DNA of 63,316 nucleotides. Source: Octopus bimaculoides. Taxonomy: Eukaryota. The stretch lies in NCBI RefSeq assembly GCF_001194135.2, contig NC_068995.1, positions 51,160,159 to 51,223,474 of the forward strand, written 5' to 3'. This document shows positions 13,961 to 26,872 of the stretch, piece after piece. How positions within the stretch are numbered: position 1 is the stretch's first letter; each line of letters begins with the position of its first letter. Made by a program: the position numbers and the translations under genes. The notes beneath the pieces were generated by a model. That model was not told the origin of the DNA, ran no database searches, and saw only the letters and a program-made list of their open reading frames with translations.

Positions 13961-16089
13961 AAGATTGCATACTTTAGATTCTTTTTATTCCAAGTGTTTG
14001 AGCCATATTCTTATGAACAACTACAAGATCTTTCTCATATATACATACACACATACTTATATAAACATACCATACACTTGTTCAAATACATAAGCTACAA
14101 GAAGCTATCTTAATAGCTTCCTATACTGTTCTTATTGAAAGAAACCAATCATTTTTGGAAGATAGCTGATTGAAATGTAATATAAATGGTCTGCTTCAGC
14201 TTCTGGACACAATGGTTCCAGTGTTCTCAATGTAAAATCCATTAAAGGAACTGGCTGATAGCAAATTGGTAGTCAGTGGTTGAATGATCAACACCTCAAC
14301 AAGAAAAAGTGCAGGATTAGTTTTTATTGTCTTAGGAAGGTGAACATTGTTAATGTTAGTTTATTCTGTATGCGTGGGTGTATGAGGTGTTATAGATTAG
14401 GGTGTTTGTAAAACATAGTTAAGGTGAAATCTGAAAAGGTTGAGTATGGCATAATGAAGAAATGTACAGGGAATGAGCAAGTTTAATATGGTGGTGGCTG
14501 TCAAAGAGAAACAAAGAAAGAGAAGAAAGAAATAAAGAAGTGCATGTAATGATAGGTTTGAATGGAAGCTTTGAATGCAAGTTGTGAAAATGAACGTGCT
14601 TAAGTAGCAACAGAAAAGAACACAGCATGACAATAAGTACAAGACAAAGTTTACAGTAACCATGAAAAGCATATGGTTTTCTGATATAAGTAATCTAAGG
14701 TGCCAATAACTGATGGTGCACTAAATCAGATATGAGAACAACCTTCCAGTGTTGGGGTATATTTGTGCTTCGTTGAGAATCAACTGTGGCTCAGAACTAA
14801 AACCATCCTCGAAAATAAGTAGGGACATTTTTGTAAGGCAGGTGAACAATGAATGCGCATGTTGTATAGTTACATTTCAATTAGGGTGGCAGGGAATTAA
14901 CACAGAAATTACAATAACTTACGGTTACAACAAAACTGACAGCGACTAACCAGTGTAGGGTTAATGATCAAACCACTCAGAGATATAGGGAAATTGCTGT
15001 CTACATGTTACACAGACTACACATATGTTTGATTCACTTTAAAAATCAGTTAATGTAGTTTGTCACACGTGTGATGTTGTGTCTGAACTTGATACATGGG
15101 GTAGGGGGTGGGTTGACGAGGAAGTTCAAGAAATGTTAAGCCAGAAATAAAATGAATTTTATCTGTTGAATTTGAGATTAAACAAGCTGAGATAAATTTG
15201 GTATTTCTTATGAAGGAGAAAAAAATTTTTTTAAATTGTCATGCTCTATGTATGCAATGAATACCAGTGATGCAAATGAGAGTAAAACAGCCTTAGTTAA
15301 TGACTGCAGACAAAGTGGAGTTAGCGAGAAAGAAAACGTGAAATGAATATGGTACAAGTATGCTTGTATGAGTTTCTTTTATTCTAACATACATGTAACT
15401 GGAAAGAACTAATTCAACAGAATTTCAAGTTTTCTACACCAATACAGTTTTGGAAGACTTGGATTTGAACAACTTTTAAACCTGACAGATTTGCAGTTGG
15501 AAGCCTTTTCTATGAAGTGGAGATGGCAACTACTCTCAGTTGAGCAAACTGAGCAAACAGAATAGGTACCACATGATTTCGTTAAAATTCAAGGAACTTC
15601 TGAACAACTATCGAGCAACCTAATATTATAGTTACTAACTCCAGCATAGAAAGAAGAAAAAATAGGAGGATAAAGATTCTGACAGTTTAGTCTTTTTATT
15701 TAAGTTACATCACAGTGAAAGCAACAAATCAACCAGACCAAGTTTTTCGAGTAGACTGGGCTCTAAGTCTCTAACAATATAACCTCTCAGGGTTGATGAT
15801 TATGCTACACCATGCTCCGACCTATATTTCCTTCCTGTGTGGTAAGCTCAACATACTACCCAGTTTAATAGCATCTCCTGATTCACAAGTGACTTTAGTA
15901 GAGTTCACTGTTTGAAGGATTTGAATTTAGTGGATATCACATTCTTGCAACAAGTCACCATCCACAGCATTTTCTTATGCATTGTATGAATACAAGTTGA
16001 AAAGGTTTTCCAGCAGACGTCACTACCAGATATTACAAAAGCCTTGAGCTGTAGGTAAAGCCTTGGGAGGTTGCCCAACTGACTGGAAC

Positions 16090-16290
16090 ATGATCTCCTA
16101 TCTTGTTCCCTCTGTGACTGATGCCAAGCAAGCACAAGATTTTGATGATGAAGCCAGTGACAACAAACAAAGCTACAAACAGGAATCCAAGGATTCAACC
16201 ATACCTGGCTGTGAAACTTCTACACTTAACTGCTTGCCTTGGATCAAAAGCTTCCTGTAAACATGCAGCATGTGTTAATGGAGCTCTCTC
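16090..16290 (+). mobile_element. Possible highly degenerate CR1/L2/Jockey-like RT fragment
   Basis: Only WIKSFL...VNGALS is recognisable; lies upstream of the clearer fragment at 17865. Confidence 0.3.
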
Positions 16291-17864
16291 TCTCTCTGTC
16301 ACTGACTAACACTATCAACTTTTGGTGCCTCCTGCAAACAAATGCCATTTACATGCAACATATAAACATCTATGAACAGAGACTTTGAAAGCATTCTCCT
16401 ATGGAATCATGCCAATCCAAGCTGAAACCATTATATCATTTTGCTAGGGTTGTTCCATAGGTCCAGAATATTTAGATTAGGTTTTAACTCTTCAGTGGGG
16501 ACATCATGTAAACTGTCATTGCGATCTGGTGATTACAATTCAGCTGGGATAATTATTTAGCACAGAGCAAAAACCGGAACAATTGCGCCAAAGCACGTTT
16601 TCTGTAGTAGCCATTCTTCCTTATTGATCATAGGTTGGTCCGAAGGTGGGCAGCCACCTAACAACGCCGTTTGTCAAATAGTGAAGTAGTTTCATTGTTA
16701 TCTCTGGGGTTTCCATCATTGACAAATTTCTAAACTGGATGAAATCTTTGTTGAATTTTGTCAAGAATAGACTGTTTTTCATCTGTAGTCTTGAATTGAA
16801 GATATATGGTGATATGGTTAACTTTTATTGCTAAGTCAGAAGGTATAAGAGAGTAATTGTACTTTCAGCATTTTTAGCTCCTGTCACAAATGGCCTTCAG
16901 CTACCATCAATATATACATAATAGGCTACATGTTTTTGTATATATACTTTATTTTCTGAGTAACACTTTAGCATTTGAAGCTGTTGAATTTATTCCACTT
17001 TATAAAATTTACACCTTCTAAATCATTTGACACAAGCTGGAGTTGTTCTGTTTATTTCTTGTTGTCTCATAATGCTTAATGAAACAGTTTGAAGCTTTCT
17101 AAATTATCCAACAGCATTTCAACTTAATTTACTCTAACAACGTCTCTATTTAGTTGTTCTGTTTGTCTTTTGTATTTGGAAGTTCATTCTGCTTAATGCT
17201 TCACTAATGTTTTAGTAGTCATAAAGTTTGATGATTTGCCGTGCATTGCAACATTTATAAGAGATTTCTTCATCATTATTGTAACCCAAACAGTTCTTTT
17301 GAGGTGATTTGCAGCCACACTGCAGAACTTGCATTTGATTTGATATTTTTTTCCATTAAGACCATAAAAATCTTAGTAAATTTTCAAAAGGTCCCCACTT
17401 ACTTGCTGGAGTTGATCTGCTTATTTTTTGGATTCAAAAGTTCATTCTATCCTCATTGTCTCATAATATTTTAATGTTCATAAATTCAGATGGTTTGCCT
17501 GGCATCACAACAACCATAAGAAATTTTGATGCTACTTTAGCATGTAGTCTACTGCAGTATCTGTAATCTACACCATGAAATGACTATCTGCCTCATGTTT
17601 ACACAAGAAATGTTGTTCTTCATGAACTTCTGCAGTGAATCATACCAGCACAGTATTTTGGGAGTGATAAATATAATTTGCATATTTCCCTGTTATTTTT
17701 GCACATATATTTACTTCCGCATCCTCTATCAATTTCCACCAGGTACTACAGTTTTATTATGATCTTGTCTCTACCAGCATACAGCCACAATCACCATCCA
17801 CATTGAGAAACACTTGCACATATACGGACAATATACAACTCAAAGTTTCATAGATGCTATAAAA

Positions 17865-18290
17865 GCTAGACCTCACAATCACTGACAATCTTTCTGGACA
17901 CTCACACCCCTACAATATAACAAATCAACAATCCCAAAACCGGCCTTTCTCTTCAGGGTCAGAATGCACTTCAACTCTGAATGGTTGCTACATCTCTACA
18001 GAATCCAAATGAGACGCAATGGAATACAGTTTTTATATCCAAGATAATGCTCCTATTGCTGTACACACATCCAAAACCGCATCTAAAATAATGTCACTAG
18101 ATTCACTGGTGAGGAGTTGTTCACCAACTTTTGGCCCAAAGATATGCGGTTTCCTTACTGCCTTTTCAAGTGATTCTATAGTGACCTTTGTACTTCAAAA
18201 CTGGTTGGTTTTGCTAGTTCCACACAACTCACTTGTGTCTGCTCCCTACATTTTCTACCCAACCAAAGTTCTGCACTAACCCCGCTTTTT
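17865..18290 (+). mobile_element. Degenerate CR1/L2/Jockey-like LINE ORF2 3' region
   Basis: LDLTITDNLS...AFLFRVRMHFNSEWLLHLYRIQMR/MEYS resembles the post-RT LG.......LW...LGFL.R....F....LL.LY...IRP.MEY motif; frameshifted. Confidence 0.55.
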
Positions 18291-20264
18291 TTAAAAATCC
18301 TTTCAAGACATCAACCCTCTAAAATTCTCTCTTTGCATATGTTTCTCTTATCAATTAGCAGTTGTTTAAGAACATCTACCACATTGAATACACTGGTCTT
18401 GAAAGGCCTCTAAATCAAGCCCCTTCCTCCATACCAAGGAGAGAGAGAGAGAGAGATAGAGAGAGAGAGAGAAAGAGAGCGGGAATATGAGTGACCTTCT
18501 ATGCAGACACTTGATCTTTAGAAATAGCAGCCAATATGAATTATACCCTACCAATTTTGGCAAATTTGTTGTATTCAATAACAGTGGAAAGTAATTGTTG
18601 AATGTGTATCTTTGGCTAGATGTATTTCAGATCCGGGAGTAACTAACTATCAGATATATTCTACTTCGGTATAGCCATGCAATAGTGGTTATCTGTGTGC
18701 ATGGAAAGGAAGTTGCACCTAGCTTACCATCTGCTTTTATATTATTGAAGTCTTATGTTGAAGCATATAATACGGATTCAGTTTCCTTATTGTGATATGT
18801 ATTTAGGTTTTGTGCTTGACTGAATCAGATCTAAAAAGTAGGCCATTTCAAAACAGTTTTTTTTAGGATGTCACTGATAAGTGTAGGTGGTTATTAGTGG
18901 ATGAACTTGAAACACCTGAGATCAAGGCTCTGTTGGAATAACAAAGTGCTGACCACATAATGAAATATACCCAGTCCATGCCTTAAAGTGGCTGGCAATA
19001 GAAAGGACATCTCTCTGCAAGAACCATGCCGAAAATCATAACAACAAACATTGGAGACTTTTTCTATTGTGCGTCTCAAATGAAGAAAAGCAACATGTAT
19101 AGAGAAGCTGTATGGGAACATACCTGTCCAACCCACATCAACATGAGAAAATAGGTATTCAATGATAAATGTAGGCTGGAACAAACTAGTTATGCAGTGC
19201 TACTTATGTGGCTAAGTGGTTTCCAAACAAAGTTAGCAGGTTTGGTTTTTGTATGGATGACAGTACTCGAAAGAACAGTTATGTGACAATTCTAAAACTT
19301 GTAATGACTTGTTTAATTCATATACAAAATACTATCAATTATCCTTGCCCAGAAAAAAGAAATTCAAAGAGATATACAAACTGCATTATGAAATGCCTAA
19401 ATTTATATATGAAACTAAACAAGCTAAATCTGATACAAGATTGTTTAGTACTCAAGATTCAGCAATTAGATTTTTATTTTGAACAGATGTTTTCAGTTTT
19501 GGTATTTGATAGCTTTCACACTTAAATTTAAGTCTAGTTGTCATAAATAACATTAGTTAATACAAAAATTAACTACTAGATGTTCATTCAAAACTGACCG
19601 AAAAGATATTTTGCATAAACTCAGATGAAAAATGACAGGTTGGTGTGTTGAATTTCTTAGGTGGAGAGGAAACATTGGAAAATAAGTGGAATGTAAATAA
19701 CCTCAATGCTCTCTCTCTCTCTCAGTGATCGGCTGTTAATTAAAGACAATCAGTGATCATAAGTCCATTAAAGCATTCATCACTATTTTTTTTTTGCATT
19801 GGTCTGGTCTGGAGGAAGGTGTTGTGCCCATGGCATTCATAGGCCCACCGTGACCAGTGAGAATAATGCAGTTAGTTGCTTAAGAAACACTTACTATTAT
19901 TATAGTTAATGAAGTACTCCTCACTGTAGTTAATAAATTATCACTAGCCACTACAGTTACCAGCATTCAAGATCTAAAACCATTGCAATATGTGGATTCC
20001 CCAGTAACATTTCCAGCAACATATTATAAATACTTCTTCAAATACAGTGAAAATGTGCACGAATATGACCAGTTCTATAGCCAATTCAGAGACAAAGAAA
20101 TAGTTTATAATGATGATGAACAATGGAGTTATAGAAGTTGGATTGATACTCCCTCCTCAAACCATGTTAATTAGAAAAAACAGCAAATTGCTATCACTGG
20201 AGGTTTTATAGTGAATGGAAATTAAATCTAGGCTATTTCAGTGCAGTGAAAATATTTGGAAAAA

Positions 20265-20305
<41 letters not shown>

Positions 20306-21241
20306 GACATAGAAACATATAAATGAAACTTAATTTCAGTTTGGGTATGCCAAATGCATAGTTTGAAAAAAAAAAGCAACAAAAAATAAATAAATAAAAC
20401 ACTGAATGCAATATGTAATACTGAGAAATGGAGCAGAAAGAATGTATATATGATTAAAAATCAGAACTGAAGTAAAAAGAAAAGAATGAAAGAAGAAAAG
20501 AAAAAAAAAAAGGAAAACTAGCAAACATTTTATAGACCATATGTTGCAGTTTTGAATACACAAGATAATGAACAAGAGTGGGAGATGAAATGTTGCAGAT
20601 TGTAAGCTGTAGAATTGTGGAAGTGATGTTGGGAAAATAGAAGTTGCTATCAAAATACAGAGAGGTAGCATTGTACAATGTATATGGAAAAGCATTATGT
20701 AAATAATGAAACCAATTAGTGCACAACAGATGCAGAGGCATCTCAACAAACACACATTGTATAAGCAGTACAAGTATTGGACTGCAACAATGGATCATTG
20801 GAGTGTAGATGACAGCTAGAAAAATAGACTGAATGCAAGGAGAGAATGCAATTTTATCTTTATTAACTCCGAAAGGATGTGTTGTTGTTAAAAATCTTAT
20901 AAATTATAATGAAGACCTATCGCTGTAAGACTTGTCTGCGATGATTTCAATAAAATTCGCTGAAAATAATTACATGACGAAATGTCTGATTACTGCAGTC
21001 GAGGAAACTGTATTGATACTGACATGTCATATAAATGAATGAGAACTAAACGAATGAATATTGCAAGTTCGGGTTAAACTGGAATAGAGGCGGATAAGAC
21101 AAAGTTAGATCGAAAGCTGACCTAAAAGATAAAAGGAAGGGAGATAACTAAGGATAAAGGATGAAGAGCAATGTACATAGCCATAAGCTGTTAGACAAAA
21201 GCAGGAAAACAATTGAGAACTAGTCAAAAATACTACATATA

Positions 21242-21272
<31 letters not shown>

Positions 21273-21282
21273 NNNNNNNNNN

Positions 21283-21325
<43 letters not shown>

Positions 21326-22871
21326 TATTGGGAATGAAGCAGTAGTGAATTTGTGATATTGTTCTCACGTAAAGAGCACACTATTGACATTCTTCAAAAA
21401 CTTAGCAACGTTGAGAAAATGTACGCTTGAAAATGAAATAAAAGACGGGTGTGGGTAGCAAATTTATCTATGATGAAGATTGATCAACGCCAACGGGTGG
21501 AAATTGGAAATTTTGAAACGGAAATCTGTCAAATTCTGTACCAAATGCTATAACAGTTTATTAAGGAAGCGGCGCAATCAATATCATTTTAAAATTCAAA
21601 AATTCAAAATGAAGCCGTAGATATGTGGCAAATTGATTAATATTTTTTAACAGCAGTTTATCCAATTACTACAACTATTTTTCTTTGGAAATCAATTCTA
21701 AGATTCAGAAAGAAAATATCGCAATGGAATTGCTCTGATCACATTCAGATGTCTTGTTTTAAAATAGTGAAGCCCACTGAGCAAATTGAAACAGCTGCAA
21801 ACCAAACAAAATTAAACGAATGAGCTTCGAATAATTCCAGATACATTAAAAGCAACACCGAGAGAGAGTCTCTACATGATACTTCGACTTGCTAGAAATA
21901 ACAGCCAAATCTCTTTCAATTAAGACTTGTTTTAGCCACACCCCTAAAAAGGCGGGATGGTGACGACTGGAATGCTTTTTGATCACGTATCTGCTGGAAC
22001 AAGGTTGACCCATGTCTAAACACATGGACACACAAATTAGTTAATTAGTCCATTCATAATAGATCCTCGGCTGAGATTGATTTTGATGAATGTTTCAGGG
22101 ATGCAAATATATTTGCGATATCTAGAGGATTGAATACAAGTGTAGGGTGAAAAAAAAAGAACAACCCCTATTGAAGTATGTCAGCAAAGATCATTGAAGA
22201 GAACATGCAAAATATTGGACAAATCTAACATTTTACTCGCCTTACAAAATAATATTACACGTAACGGCCCACCCCATTAGTTTCACACACACACACACAT
22301 ATGTACTTCGTATTTTGGTATTGGCAACGAGAAAACAATCCAAGCATAGATCAACGACAATGTGTGTCATATAATCGATAGAAGAATTATTAAAAAATAC
22401 TGACACAAGTTAGGCTAATAAAACAAACTTGCATTAAGAGTTAAATAATTAATTAAGCATTAGCGTTAATTAGAGGTCATGCATCCGGGACAAATAACAG
22501 ATAATGATGTATCGACATAAAAAAAAAAAAATCTGTGACAAATTAATTATAATTATCACCCGCTTAAAGTTTAACTGACAACTTTTCTCGTATGTAAACT
22601 TTCAGTTGCACACAAAACTGGTCCTCACATACATACACATATATAAACTTACTCCAATGAAAGCGAGTTGAAACTTCAGAAAATTTCAGCTCAAATCATT
22701 TGTGCTTATTACCGAGATAAAATTGTAGCTTTTCAAATAAGGTTGTACCTCAAATGACCATTCATTTAATTATACCGCATATTAAAACGATCAATTTAAT
22801 AAGACTGCACCATAAAATCATTTTAATTAGTGTGTATCTATACTAATAACAAATCAGTGTCAAAAGTTCAG

Positions 22872-22907
<36 letters not shown>

Positions 22908-24518
22908 ACATTACTTAGAAGTAACATTTCAGAAAACACACCCAAATTGCAATGACAACTGAAGCAATTTATGTAAGATTTTGGGAAAGGCTGAGAGAAA
23001 ATATTTCAAATTCAGATGCTGTTAGTTAATTTGCTACACTGTTTAATAATATTTCAAATTATTCTCCAGAATAAATATCTCGTAGTAATTCATCTTTATA
23101 TCCGAGATTTTAAACAGCTAAAACTACGTTGGTTGGCACGCTTCACACAATATCCGAGTTACAAACTATTTTAGAAATCTACCATCGTTACTTATTATTA
23201 AATGAGATAAAGTGATAATGTTTTTTTTAAAATTCTGACTCAGACGGAAAAGATCTATATATATATATATATATATATATAACAGCTTATTTTTCAGATT
23301 TATTGTTTGCTTCAGATATTTAAATCGAGAAAGGATTCTATTATTAAATCTAGTACAACTGAATACAGCCTCGCAATGAACCTTTCAGAAATATGAACAT
23401 AAATTTAGGTACAAGGCTTAATTTTTACTTCTACCTAATTTGTCTGACATTTGTCGTAGGCGGAATGGACATAAACACATACTGTGACAATTCATTCTAT
23501 ATACAAAAGAAATGTTTTTATCTTATCTCAAGCGTATGCTTTTGTTGATAAGAATTCGAAACTAAAGCAATACCTACTTTGGAGAATTGGGGTTAATAAC
23601 AATAGTAATAGTTTCAAATTTTGGCACAAGGTCTGTAATTTTAAGGGAGGGGTTAAGTCGATTACACTGACCCCCAGTGTTCAACGTTTCTGTACTTCTT
23701 TTATAATAAAAAAATCCTAACAAATATCACATAACCATTTAACATTTCTTTGTATATTGTTATGCTTGTGGAAGTTTGCCCTCTGTAGATATGTTTATAT
23801 GTATCAATAAAAAAGTGAAAAAGGAATGTCAATGAAATTGGTATGGAGTTTCCAGTATCATTCATTATTTAACAAACAGCTGAGAAAGGAATGGTACACA
23901 CATCCGACACTTAAAAGAGGATAAAGAAAAACCCGGCACTAAATTAAATAATCTTATATCACATGGAATCTATGGGAGAGAGAGAGAGAGAGGCGATATG
24001 GTGGTAGCTTAGCATATTTTTAGTGTTAATAACCTAGAAACTAATTTCTTTTGCTCTAACAATTTCAATGTAGCATTTCACACGGAAATAATATTAATTT
24101 TTTTTCTTCTTTAGACGATTTTCAAAATTTTCTTATTACTTTTTGCCAAACAGCAAGAGGGACGTATTTGTAATCTGAAATAGCAATATGACACTTCGTT
24201 TCTAGATAAAAACCCCGCAGAATCACGAGGGGGAAAAAAAGAGATAAGAGTTTCTTAATAGACACAGTTATCCAGAGTGGTGTGTTTGGTTTGAAAAGGC
24301 ATTGGAGACGAGGGTTCGAATCGAAGGAATTGTTTGATCTGTTGTCGTCGTCAAGTGGGTGTGAAAGTTGATTTGCACTGAGTCAGCCAAGTCTGTTGTT
24401 AGTGTTGGCACCCACCAACTAATATCAGTTTGCCATATGGTTTCAACACCGCTGTTTATATGCCAAATGTCGCTCCCTAAATGACTACATACTCAAGAAG
24501 TTCCCTAAACTGTCAGAA

Positions 24519-24550
24519 TGTGTGTGTGTGTGTGTGAGCGCGCGCGCGCG
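24519..24550. repeat. (TG)9-AG-(CG)6 alternating purine-pyrimidine tract
   Basis: Read directly from the sequence. Confidence 0.9.
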
Positions 24551-24904
24551 ACGGATATGATGTAGATAACAAGAACAAAAATAAAAACTGTTTCGATAAA
24601 AAAAGAAAAAAAAAAACGATATGAAAATAAAATTCAATTTCCTTTTTTTTTTTTTTAAGTATATATACAATATCAAACAACATAAAAAATTTGCATTAAG
24701 AAAATAAAAATCCTAACATGTTCTGTGTTACTTATATAACAAATATTTATCAACAAAATCAATCTAATGCTAATTTACGCTTTGTCAAAAAAAAAAAAAA
24801 TGTTAGAGAAGCAGCATTTTATTTGTAGGTGTGTGTGTAATAAACTAACAAATTATTACACTTAGTTAATTAACCCTCTCCCATCTTGTTACACACATAC
24901 AATA

Positions 24905-24943
<39 letters not shown>

Positions 24944-25494
24944 GTTGGTTTCGTGACGTTTAAGTCGTTATACACACACACACGTATATATATATGTGTG
25001 TGTGTATATAATCCAGGGGTTAATATATTTAATGCCGAAACTACTGGCCTGCAATTCAGAGAAGGAAGTAGGTAGTATACTGTTTGCGAATAGACATATG
25101 TGATAAGATGGACAATAAATGTAAAGGGTCAAAACCGTAGCAATGGAATTAACATTAAAACAAATTATTATTTGAGAGCGATGCAGGTGGAGAAGACAGT
25201 TAAAAAAATGAAAAGAAATAGCGTTTAGAGGTGCTAATTAGTTCGTTGCTGCATAGTTTGAGTTCGATTCCCGCCGGGATGAGAGAATCTTTTTTTAATT
25301 TTTATTCCTTTCTGACTACATCGATGAAATAAATAGGGGTTAGATATTGAAGCGGGGGTTGATTTAATCGATTGTAATTCTTAGAAAAAAGAACAAAATG
25401 TAAAGAAAAGAAAAGAAATGTAGTCTTGTAAGGTTTAATAATACAAAGAAATCATTTTTCAACAGCAAACAGGAAAACATCATCTTTGACTTAC

Positions 25495-26141
25495 CTGGGG
25501 AAAGCATCAAAAAACCAAGTTCGTTTTGTATCCGGAAAAGCCAAACGTACACCAGAGGTAAGAGGCGAATGTAGGATAACAGCTCCAACTTCAAATCTCG
25601 AAGCGAGATCCACGGTAGGAACCGTTCCTATACTTTGTCCGTACAAAATGACATTTTGTGGACTGATGCCATAACGAGTCCGCAGGGCTTGCAAAGCCGC
25701 ATCAATATCCGAATAAAGATTTTTCTCCGAAGGTTTTCCTGAGCTAGCTCCATAGCCGGAATAATCGTAACTAAAGATATTACAGTTGATTCTAGATCCG
25801 AGTCCGATATAAAAACTACTCATTTGTCCTAAATCGACTGCATTTCCGTGGCTGAAAAGCAGAGTGAAACGAGCGTTGGGTGAACAGCGAACAAACATAC
25901 ATGAGATTCGGTTTCCCCGTGTAGTTCTCGTCATGAATACTTCGATACAATCCAGTTCCTTTTGCGAATACTGCCACTCTGCTCTTTCTGTGAGATGCAA
26001 ACTGTACCGTGAGCCTGTTTGGTCCGATACGAGAGAATATGTCGGTTCTGGAGGCAGAAACGCCAGTTTGGCAGCGATACGGGAGGGACATGGCGGACAG
26101 CAAAAAAGACAACAAAGCTCGCTGAGAGAGAGGCCGTTCAT
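25495..26141 (-). CDS. ABHD17: ABHD17-family protein depalmitoylase (alpha/beta hydrolase), first coding exon (647 nt, ends phase 2)
   Basis: [20 protein letters not shown]-terminal Cys cluster, [21 protein letters not shown] nucleophile (Ser170). Ends ...GAT GCT TTC CCC AG|GTAAGT, a consensus donor at 25494-25489. Confidence 0.97.
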
Positions 26142-26326
26142 ACCTTAGGTTTGGGGGCCTAAGCAAATGGTGAAAAAAAAAAAAACAAACCAGGCTGTTG
26201 AGTACAGACTAAGCAGGCACACAGCCACTTTTAAGACGACAACGTAATGCAGAACATTCAATTTACAAAGTATAACCTAGACATGAGACGTATTCAACTG
26301 GAAGCAAGTAAGACGACTATTCAATA

Positions 26327-26334
26327 TGACGTCA
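26327..26334. promoter_or_regulatory. Perfect CRE palindrome TGACGTCA
   Basis: Exact match to the CREB/ATF consensus; binding not shown. Confidence 0.6.
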
Positions 26335-26567
26335 CATGCCATCGACGGGAAAACGAGTTCGACTGCGGATGTACCAAAATCCACATCCGGTATTTTCTAA
26401 TAGTCGAAAAGACAAAAAAAAAAACCAGGTTTTTTTTTCGAAATAAATAATTTGTGAAATATTACGAAAGGAAGATAAAATGAAAATATCGAAGCTAATT
26501 CGTGACGTTAAATTAAAAATAATCTTTAAAAAAAAAAAAAAAAAAATCTTTCCGGGCTGCTTGTGCA

Positions 26568-26582
26568 TCACGTCACTTCCGT
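26568..26582 (-). promoter_or_regulatory. Overlapping ETS-CRE composite (ACGGAAGTGACGTGA on minus strand)
   Basis: Plus strand reads TCACGTCACTTCCGT; CGGAAGTGACGT core about 80 bp upstream of the C9orf85 ATG. Confidence 0.6.
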
Positions 26583-26663
26583 AATGTAGTGTCCATTTCG
26601 GGGAAGCACATGGTAAAGCTTGGCTCCAGATTCTTTTTACAAAAATAACAACAACAATCTAAG

Positions 26664-26872
26664 ATGAGTTCACAGAAAGGTAATCTGAAGAAATCTGGCC
26701 CACCCCGTCACAGAAATAACACAGCTTTTAGAAATAATTTACACGATAACAGTATCAAACAGAAAATGATAAATTCTTTGGAAATTACTGGATTGTGTGA
26801 TCCGTGTACTAAAGTGATTGAATGGAAAATAAAATATAAAAAGTACAAACCTCTCACAAATCCTAAAACTTG
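26664..26872 (+). CDS. C9orf85: C9orf85 / DUF2039-family protein, first coding exon (209 nt, ends phase 2)
   Basis: MSSQKGN...CDPCTKVIEWKIKYKKYKPL matches the recalled C9orf85 signature (MSSQKGN...CxxCxxxxEWxxKYxKYKPL). Ends ACT TG|GTAAGC. Confidence 0.93.

Larger units (their letters stand above)
26142..26663. promoter_or_regulatory. Putative bidirectional promoter / 5' UTR region shared by ABHD17 and C9orf85
   Basis: 522 bp between divergent ATGs; CpG-rich relative to the window; CRE and ETS-type motifs; poly(dA)/poly(dT) tracts. Confidence 0.85.

Noticed and set aside
19884-20174. 96-codon stop-free frame with a protein-like aromatic/acidic stretch, antisense to ABHD17
   Set aside because: No ATG, no recognised domain and no clear splice signals; several frames this long are expected by chance in 63 kb. 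A BLASTx hit would change this.
25225-25283. B-box-like GAGTTCGATTCCC near the ABHD17 donor
   Set aside because: No convincing A box or cloverleaf; at most a decayed SINE head.
25486-26166. Plus-strand ORFs 25486-25674, 25816-26166 and 25864-26148
   Set aside because: Antisense shadows of the GC-richer ABHD17 exon; no recognisable motifs.
26582-26592. ZNF143/SBS-like ACTACA motif in the promoter
   Set aside because: Only ACTACA matches; the required TCCC part is absent.
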